IMG/VR virus record: IMGVR_UViG_2840842423_000001
Span: 101,185 to 165,184 of that record
Direction: 5' to 3' (one strand)
From: a virus
Lineage: Duplodnaviria; Caudoviricetes
DNA: 64,000 nucleotides
Below, piece after piece: positions 56,889 to 64,000 of the stretch. The notes beneath the pieces were generated by a model. The model was given only the letters and a program-made list of their open reading frames with translations. It was not told the origin of the DNA and did no database searches. The position numbers were made by a program, and so were the translations under genes. The number at the start of each line of letters is the position of its first letter. Positions within the stretch are counted from its first letter, which is position 1.

Positions 56889-57155
56889 TTGAGAGAAGTG
56901 GAAATTGCAAAAGTATACCGACACTATAAAGGAAATTATTATTACGTCTTAGGAATAGCCGAGTACACTGAAAAGTATGACATACTTGTAATTTATCATG
57001 CTTTATATGATGAATGTGATACTTATGCTAGACCACTAGAGATGTTCATTGAAGAAGTCCCTGAAGACAAGGAGAACCCTACTGGACAAAAATATAGATT
57101 TGAAGTAGTTGGTGAGATAGACAGAGATGCAACCAATCAAACAAGAAGAGTCTAA
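56889..57155 (+). CDS. DUF1653-family protein
   Basis: YRHYKG..Y...A..TE...V.Y.ALY...ARP..MF ... YRFE. Confidence 0.8.
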   Translation: MREVEIAKVYRHYKGNYYYVLGIAEYTEKYDILVIYHALYDECDTYARPLEMFIEEVPEDKENPTGQKYRFEVVGEIDRDATNQTRRV

Positions 57156-57757
57156 AACGAGGTGTTACCAATAGACACGCTATTAGAAATTCACAATGAT
57201 GATTTTGAACTTTGGAAAGAAGAAAAATACGGTGTGAAGTTTTACCATGTATCAATCGAAGGCTACATAGGATTTGAGAAACTGGAAGATTTCATTGAGT
57301 TGTATGAACACTTTTTAGGGGAATTGCAACAGTATTTAATTGAAAACAATTATCCTAAAACAGAAAAGTCTGGATGGAAAAGGATTTACTCAAAACGAGC
57401 AATGGACATTTGTTATGGAAATGACTGTTATTGGATCTTTTTAGATGGATACGAGTCAGCAGAAATTTGGGACGCATATTATTATCTGGAAGATGTGATT
57501 AACCAATTAAGAGAGGTTAAAGCTTCAATTTAAAATTTAATGAGAAAGAAGGTTTTTTAAAGTGGATTCAATTTCATTTGATGAATTAAATGATAACCAG
57601 ATTAAAGAATTTGAAAAACTTGCTGACGACTACAGTTACAGTCTGCAAATGATTAATCTTTTTATCGAAAATAATAAATTAGATTGTGATGAAGTTTGGG
57701 ATAAGGCAAACCAAGCATATGACAATGACATGTCTTACGCACCGAACGAGGATTAAA

Positions 57758-57773
57758 TAAAATATCGATTTTA
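57758..57773. repeat. TAAA-N8-TTTA intergenic site
   Basis: taaa-atatcgat-ttta, 1 nt after a stop, RBS gggagg follows. Confidence 0.65.
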
Positions 57774-58973
57774 AAGGGAGGGCAACAAAAATGAATTATG
57801 AATCAATGTGGAACAACATGAAATCAACATACCAAGACCGATTAACGAAATTAGAATTAGAAGATAAAAAAGGTAGTAGTGCATGGATCAACGCCAAGCG
57901 ATTTGTTGATGTAATGGAAGGAATTGAACTGAATCAACCTGTTAGTGATGGTATAGATGATTAAGCTTATTAAAGAAAAGCGATATAGCAGGATGAAATC
58001 TCTATATAAATTGAAAAAAGAGCAAGCAGATTTATTTGAAAGAAAATATGTTGAAGAATAAAATAAGCGAGTTGATTTAGAGAACCATAGGTTAACAGAG
58101 TTAGATGTAAAATACCTTAAATCATTGATACAGTTTGATGAAACACTAAATGGTAAAAAGCATGGCAGAGAAGGACTATATTCTGAGGATAGCGTTGCAT
58201 TTCTAGATTATATTTGGGGGTTGCGAGATAAATTATCTAAGTTGGTTTAGTATGTAATTCGGATAATGTGTAGAAAAGGAGATGATAAAGTGGATATTCA
58301 CAAGTTATTTAAAGAAAAGGAATCGGATAAAATCAGTCGTGAAATTGCAAGCAAAATTTATCCTGTAGATCCATTGCAGGAACAATTTAAATATCGTAAC
58401 AAGAAAATATGAAGACGGAAAAACAGAATTATTCGCTAAGTATATGATTGTTCCTACAATTCCTCACGACACAATTGAAGAAATAAACGGAGCAACTTAT
58501 GTAAGAACTAATGTAAAAATAGATAAAGAGAGTGATGTATTTTGGGAAATTGTTTGGGAAGAAAAAGAGCATTTTATTAAACGTGTAAGAAGAGAAGAGT
58601 CTGAAAAGATGAAAACTGTGATAAGCAGTCAAAAAGATAGAATTGCTTATCTTGAAAAGGAAAATGGCGATTTAGCAAAGCTAAATAAAGAGATTTTCAT
58701 GTGGTTGATTATATCTTGCACAATAATAATCGTACTTGCTGGATTTGTCTCAATATAAAATACAATCTTAAACAGAAAAGAGGGAATCAAATGCTTAAAT
58801 TTGACAATATCTCAATTGAATTAAATTACGAAACACTTGAACTAGCTAAGAATAAGGTTGATCCAATATTAATCGATGACGAAAGCGATGTTGATTCTGC
58901 TGTTGGGTTGACTTTAGATCAAGCTAAATGGCTTAGAGACAATATTGATTATATAATAAAGAGATTTGAAGAT

Positions 58974-58989
58974 TAAATTCAGACTTTTA
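58974..58989. repeat. TAAA-N8-TTTA intergenic site
   Basis: taaa-ttcagact-ttta; TAA is the upstream stop and AGGAGG follows. Confidence 0.65.
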
Positions 58990-59845
58990 TTAGGAGGAGA
59001 TAAACAAATGAACGAGAAATTCTTTAATCAATTTAAACAATATTTATTAAACAGTCACATGGATGATTTAAAAAGTTTTATTCCATATTACGAAACATTA
59101 AAGCAGCAACAAGATAAACTAAAAGACTTCATTGACGATTGTGAACAATACGCCTTAGATATTCAATACGATGAAGATAAAACAGAAGGCTATACTGATG
59201 GATCATTACAGTTTTACCTATACAAAGACAACAATGATTGGACAAGTCGACTAGATTATCATTATGACTTAGAACTAGGGTACGATGAGCGATATTGGAA
59301 TTATTGCACATGTCAGTCAGGAGATGAAGGATACATAAAAGCATTGGGCTGTACGGGAGAAGGTTGTGATTGGATTGCGCCAGAAATTAGGTTGACGAAA
59401 GTGTCTAACGTCTGTTTTGGCTCATTTAATGGGCACGCAAAAGAAATGCACTACTTAGAAAAAGAATGGGATGAGTATCTAAAAGAAGATAGAGAGAAAC
59501 AGCGTCAGGCTCAATTAGAAAGAGTAGAACAAGAGATTGAAAGACTTAAGTCACAGAGAAGCATTCTTCTAAAAGGAGGAATAATAAATGAATAATAATA
59601 TAAAAGTTGCATTGTTTATTAAGAACGGTGGACAGGATTCAATAGTTTTACCTAAAGAGTTAATGTTCGATTTAGCTACAAATATCAGAGAGAACGGATC
59701 AGAATTTGTCCATCTGTCTAGTGGTAGATCATTAGAGGTGACAGGAATATTGATAACTGGATCAGACTTCCATAAGGAAGAAAGAGTTATAGTAGCTGGT
59801 GTAAATAAAGATGATGAATAGTATATCAAACAATATTATATTGAG

Positions 59846-61099
59846 GTGAGTGAAATAGCTAAGAGAAGAAAATGGAATAAAAATTTAATAATTGAAGAAT
59901 TAACTAAAATTTACATTGAAAATCCGCAAGAGTTTAACTCTGGACTAGTAAAGAAGAAAGATAGTAAATTAACGAATGCTATTTATAGAAAATTCGGCAA
60001 TTTTCAATCCGCGATAGAAGCAGCAAATATAAATTACACAACACGAGAAAGAATGCACTGGGACTTTGGAAAAGTGCAATTATTCGTAAAATCTCATAGT
60101 GAATGTGAACTTGTTTCAAACAACTATGTAGATATGAACACAATAATGGATTTTTTATGTAAATGTGGAAGACCATTCACAACAACGTTTTTAAGATTTG
60201 AGTCAAAGAGTAAAAGACAATGTGATACTTGTGGCTATAGAAAGTCTCACGAGACATTCAAGATTCAACTAGGAGATAGGTTTGGCGATGATATTGTAGC
60301 AACCGAAGAATATACGGGAAGTCTTACTCCGATGGAATTTATATGCAAAACACATGGAAAGTTTACTACAACTCCAAACAGTATTTTGGGAAATGTCTAT
60401 GGGTGTCAAAAATGTGCAAATGCAGCAATAAGCCAAACTCATTCTAAAGGCGAAAGATTTTGTGTTGTTTGTGGAAGCAATAATAGAGTGCAAGAATTTA
60501 AGAATAGCGAAAAAAACTACTGTGGCAAACACTATTCACAACTGGCTAAAAACGGAAAAATTTCAGATAAAACGGTTTACGATAAAAATGAAATAATTGT
60601 GCATGATGATTACGCAATTATTGTAATAAGAGACAAAGACAATAAGGACATTGCCGAGTGCAAAATATCTCTTAGTCACATTGAAAAAGTGTCGCGATAT
60701 AAATGGTATTTAACAAGTAACGGTTATGTTGCAAGCAAGTCTAGAAATGGTTATGAAGTGGATCTTTTACATCGTATTATTAAGAATCCTCAAGAAAAAG
60801 AGGTAGTAGACCATATTAATCATAACACCCTAGACAATGTTGACGAAAATTTACGCGTTGGTACACGAGCGCAAAATACATGGAATAGCAGAATGAAGTC
60901 AAATAACACATCAGGTGTAATAGGAGTTTATTCTAATTCTTATGGAAGATGGGTAGCCGAGATTTACGTAAACGGTAAAAAAATATCCTTGGGAAACTTT
61001 GATGATATAGAAGAAGCAAAAAAAGTCAGAAGAAACGCTGAATATCAATATTTTAAAGAGTTCGCACTAGAGAAGCAAGGTAAGATGAAGCATGAGTAA
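59846..61099 (+). CDS. HNH-AP2 homing endonuclease
   Basis: LHR...VDHINH..LDN..ENLR....N; SGVIGV...W.A.I......LG.F....EA...R AP2 domain. Confidence 0.85.
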   Translation: MSEIAKRRKWNKNLIIEELTKIYIENPQEFNSGLVKKKDSKLTNAIYRKFGNFQSAIEAANINYTTRERMHWDFGKVQLFVKSHSECELVSNNYVDMNTIMDFLCKCGRPFTTTFLRFESKSKRQCDTCGYRKSHETFKIQLGDRFGDDIVATEEYTGSLTPMEFICKTHGKFTTTPNSILGNVYGCQKCANAAISQTHSKGERFCVVCGSNNRVQEFKNSEKNYCGKHYSQLAKNGKISDKTVYDKNEIIVHDDYAIIVIRDKDNKDIAECKISLSHIEKVSRYKWYLTSNGYVASKSRNGYEVDLLHRIIKNPQEKEVVDHINHNTLDNVDENLRVGTRAQNTWNSRMKSNNTSGVIGVYSNSYGRWVAEIYVNGKKISLGNFDDIEEAKKVRRNAEYQYFKEFALEKQGKMKHE

Positions 61100-61655
61100 A
61101 ATAAACTACGGACAAAACTTTGAAAAAGACGTTCAGCAATCTTGCAAAAAAGAAAAAACTTGGTTCATGCGGATTAAAGATGTATACATACCATTCAACC
61201 TCCGCAACCGTATCAGGACATCACGCAACGATTATGACTGTTTAGTATTCAATAACAAAACGTTATTTCCATTAGAATTAAAAACAACTGATAAGAAATC
61301 CATATCCATGAAAGAAGAAATCATAAAAGCACATCAAGTTGAGAAACTAGCTGAGGCAAATACATATGAAGATGTCATTGCAGGATTCTTATTTAACTTT
61401 AGAAATGAAGAGAACAGTACATTCTTCGTGCCGATTGAAGAGTATCAAAGGTATAAAAACATTGCTCAGAACCAATTAGAGCACTCCTACAAGGCTAAAG
61501 TGAATCGTGCAAGCATTCCTATTGGAATATGTAAAGAGATCGGTGTAGAGGTGTTAAGTGTGAAGAAACGTGTGCATTATCATTACTTTATTAAACAATT
61601 AACTGAGGATTTGATTGCTAGAGAAAAAGAATTTGAAGATAAGTTTAATGGGTGA
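61092..61655 (+). CDS. recU: RecU-like Holliday junction resolvase
   Basis: G..FE, D.......ELKTT, I..HQV..L, GFLFNF. Confidence 0.75.
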   Translation: MSKINYGQNFEKDVQQSCKKEKTWFMRIKDVYIPFNLRNRIRTSRNDYDCLVFNNKTLFPLELKTTDKKSISMKEEIIKAHQVEKLAEANTYEDVIAGFLFNFRNEENSTFFVPIEEYQRYKNIAQNQLEHSYKAKVNRASIPIGICKEIGVEVLSVKKRVHYHYFIKQLTEDLIAREKEFEDKFNG

Positions 61656-61691
61656 ATAGTATTATATAATGATATAAAAGGGGAATAATAA

Positions 61692-61805
61692 GTGATTATT
61701 GAAGATAAAAAAATGTTAGAAAAATTTAAAATAGAGATAAATAAAATTATAACACAAGAACAATTAGAAAAAATAGCTAAAACTATAACAAAACACTACT
61801 CATAA
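61692..61805 (+). CDS. 37-aa ORF, candidate recombination directionality factor
   Basis: AAGGGG RBS, GTG start; last ORF before the terminator preceding the integrase module. Confidence 0.4.
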   Translation: MIIEDKKMLEKFKIEINKIITQEQLEKIAKTITKHYS

Positions 61806-61830
61806 ACGGGCTCAAGCTCGTTTTTTTTAT
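61804..61830 (+). terminator. intrinsic terminator ending the early operon
   Basis: aaacgggc-tcaa-gctcgttt followed by a T-run. Confidence 0.8.
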
Positions 61831-61859
61831 TTGTATTTATTATAGCTATATTGTATAAT
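61831..61859 (+). promoter_or_regulatory. sigmaA promoter for the Myb-repeat/integrase operon (no phage box)
   Basis: TTGTAT-17-TATAAT. Confidence 0.6.
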
Positions 61860-61889
61860 CAATACAAAATAGCTAGGGTGGTGTCTACT

Positions 61890-62498
61890 ATTACTAGAGT
61901 TGGTTGGACGGATGAAGAAGAAAAAATATTAAAAGAGAATTACGAACGTGCCACAATTGAAAAGTTAGAAGCATTGCTGCCAAGATATAGTATTACACAA
62001 ATAAGATCGAAAGCTAACAAATTAGGATTGAAAAGGAAAGCACCCAGACCTTCTCGAAAAAATGTAAAATTAAAACGTTGGACAGATGAAGAGATAGAGA
62101 ACTTAAAAAATATATATTCTACAACTAATAATGACGACTTGGCTAAAGTATTCTCACGATTCAACCCAAGAGAAATTAAACGTAAAGCAAATACATTGCG
62201 CTTAGAGAAGACTGCTCAAATAGAGAAGATTGATGAACAATTACGCAAACAAAAAATGGCTGGAGAAACAAGGTGGAAAGAAGAAGAAGATACTATATTG
62301 AGAGAAAACTATCCCACACTTGGACAAACTGGAACTCAAAGGTTGTTACCTCATCGTCCTATTGGTTCAATCAGATCAAGAGTAAATAGATTAGGATTAA
62401 CAAAAGTAACGTCGGCAACATGGAAAAGAATATCTATAACACCAGACAATAAAGACGTATTCTCCATTGAAATTATATATGAAAGGGTTGATGTGTAA
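61890..62498 (+). CDS. triple Myb/SANT-like repeat DNA-binding protein
   Basis: Three W(T/K).EE...L...Y...I..(K/R)...L.L repeats; TAATG coupling to the integrase; probable ATT start. Confidence 0.65.
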   Translation: MTRVGWTDEEEKILKENYERATIEKLEALLPRYSITQIRSKANKLGLKRKAPRPSRKNVKLKRWTDEEIENLKNIYSTTNNDDLAKVFSRFNPREIKRKANTLRLEKTAQIEKIDEQLRKQKMAGETRWKEEEDTILRENYPTLGQTGTQRLLPHRPIGSIRSRVNRLGLTKVTSATWKRISITPDNKDVFSIEIIYERVDV

Positions 62499-64000
62499 TG
62501 TTATTAGAACAGCATGAATCCGACTTTGAATCTATTAAACATGTAGCTGCGTATTTACGTAAGAGTCAGAGTATGGGAGATAAAGATGAAGACTTACTGA
62601 AGCATAAAAGTGTGATTGAAGAAGTATGTGAAAGTAGAGGGTGGTCTTATGTGCTGTATGAGGAGGTTGTAACAGGAGATACCATTGAGGGTAGACCTAA
62701 GATGTTAGAGTTATTAAGTGATGTAGAAAGATCCCAATATGATGCAATCTTTTGCTTTGATATAGATAGGTTGGGAAGAGGTGGTGGAGGAGATAGGGAA
62801 AAAATTGGAATTACATTGCAACATTCCGACACCTATTTAATTACTGCCAACCCTTATAAGATATATGATTTGAACAATGAGAATGATGATCAAGCATATG
62901 ACATGCAATCCTTTATGGGTAGATTTGAGTATAAGATGATCAAGAAGCGATTTAAAGCAGGCAAGAGGATTGGATTAAGATTGGGGCGATGGGTAAATGC
63001 ACAAGCACCTCATGGTTATACGTATAATAGAAAATTAAAACAGTTGGAAGTTGATGAAGAGAAAAGGCCAATTATACGAAAAATTGTAGAACATGCGTTG
63101 GAAGGGATGACATTGGCAGATATAGCTTGGGAATTAAATAAAAAACACATTCCATCACCTAGAAATAAGAAATGGGCGCCAATTACTATAAGCCGGATGT
63201 TGAAATCACAAGTATATCTTGGTCACATAGTTGGAAATAAATCTGAAGGTAATCGAAAAAGAGTTGCAACATCATCATCAAAGCCGTTCAAGTATTTGCC
63301 GGAAGACAAATGGGTTATTGTTAAAAATTGTCATGAACCACTTATTACAGAAGAAGAATATGATTTATTGATGAAAAGATTTAGCAACAGACCAAAACGA
63401 ATATACAATAACAAAATACACAGTTTTACAGGTTTAATCACTTGCGGAAAATGTAATAAAAATATGACAATGAAACGATTCGGCAATGGTAAATTAGGTG
63501 TAGCAAAATGTGAGTGTGGGAATCGTGGTGGAGACATCGAGTTGGTTGAAAAAGCAGTTATCGATACAGTCGAAGCATTGCGTGACAATTTGAATAATAT
63601 ACAAATAGACGATGTTGAAAAGCAAAAGAAAAACATGCTTAATAAAAAATTAGATGATTTAATCCAAGACTGTGATAAACAAGATTTAGCAATCGAGAGA
63701 ATTGAAGAAGCGTTTGAAAATGGATTGTATGATATTCAGAAGACTAGAAAGAAAACAGAAGAACGCCAACAAGAAAAATGGAAACTTGAAAAGGAAATAA
63801 GGAATATAAGAAAACAACTAACATCAGTTGATTCATTTGACAGCAAAGAAAGAATTACAGCCATTGATAAATTTATAAGCGATATAGAAAATGAGGACAG
63901 TGGAGAAATCAAAAACAAAATATATAAGGACATATTGAATAATATTGTCTGGACAAGGGATAATGAGAAGAGAGTGAGTGTGAAAGTAAATTTTCTTTAA
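62498..64000 (+). CDS. large serine recombinase (phage integrase, SprA-like)
   Basis: YLRKS catalytic Ser, DRLGR, AP.GY recombinase domain, CxxC...CxC zinc ribbon, coiled coil. Confidence 0.93.
   Translation: MLLEQHESDFESIKHVAAYLRKSQSMGDKDEDLLKHKSVIEEVCESRGWSYVLYEEVVTGDTIEGRPKMLELLSDVERSQYDAIFCFDIDRLGRGGGGDREKIGITLQHSDTYLITANPYKIYDLNNENDDQAYDMQSFMGRFEYKMIKKRFKAGKRIGLRLGRWVNAQAPHGYTYNRKLKQLEVDEEKRPIIRKIVEHALEGMTLADIAWELNKKHIPSPRNKKWAPITISRMLKSQVYLGHIVGNKSEGNRKRVATSSSKPFKYLPEDKWVIVKNCHEPLITEEEYDLLMKRFSNRPKRIYNNKIHSFTGLITCGKCNKNMTMKRFGNGKLGVAKCECGNRGGDIELVEKAVIDTVEALRDNLNNIQIDDVEKQKKNMLNKKLDDLIQDCDKQDLAIERIEEAFENGLYDIQKTRKKTEERQQEKWKLEKEIRNIRKQLTSVDSFDSKERITAIDKFISDIENEDSGEIKNKIYKDILNNIVWTRDNEKRVSVKVNFL

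Larger units (their letters stand above)
1..64000 (+). mobile_element. SPbeta-like temperate phage/prophage, early and replication arm up to the terminal serine integrase
   Basis: Co-oriented genes with SPbeta yorF-G-H-I-J-K-L-M-R synteny; RNR, thyA, RecU-like gene and large serine recombinase at the end; no host housekeeping genes. Confidence 0.92.

Noticed and set aside
4002-63933. Minus-strand ORFs in the six-frame track
   Set aside because: Nearly all are antisense shadows of + strand genes, with Ser/Phe/Leu-rich translations and no RBS or motifs noticed.
1-64000. tRNA genes, arbitrium (aimR/aimP), structural and lysis genes
   Set aside because: None recognised by eye; they would be expected in the part of the phage outside this window. 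tRNAscan-SE would be needed to exclude tRNAs.

Overview
This window is the right-hand 64 kb of a large, AT-rich SPbeta-like temperate phage or prophage of a Bacillaceae host. It spans the early/replication arm, and essentially all real genes are on the + strand. The conserved SPbeta-type core order is present: SSB-like (yorF-like), Sak4-like ATPase (yorG-like), yorH-like, DnaB helicase, primase, RecJ, DnaE, 3D-domain protein, nucleotide kinase, RNR/NrdH, ThyA/DHFR, DNA methylases, a RecU-like resolvase and a terminal large serine recombinase whose stop codon is the last base. Many small hypothetical ORFs are interspersed. The most notable sequence-level observations are: (1) recJ is broken inside its catalytic DxDxDG motif by GTT-TA-GTT sitting at the base of an 11-bp hairpin, the geometry of programmed ribosomal stop-hopping; (2) about 12 TAAA-N8-TTTA inverted-repeat sites lie between stop codons and the next RBS in the accessory regions, resembling recombinase cassette boundaries; (3) an AAATAATATTATAT operator-like box sits inside about 13 sigmaA promoters and brackets two others as perfect inverted repeats 46 bp apart; (4) dnaE carries a group I intron with a frameshifted LAGLIDADG gene in the P1 loop; (5) anti-defence cargo includes a Tad1-like protein, an RNA-repair triad, a Gam-like protein and two MTases; (6) an SF2 helicase is followed by a hairpin array. 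All family assignments come from motif recognition by eye, with no database searches.
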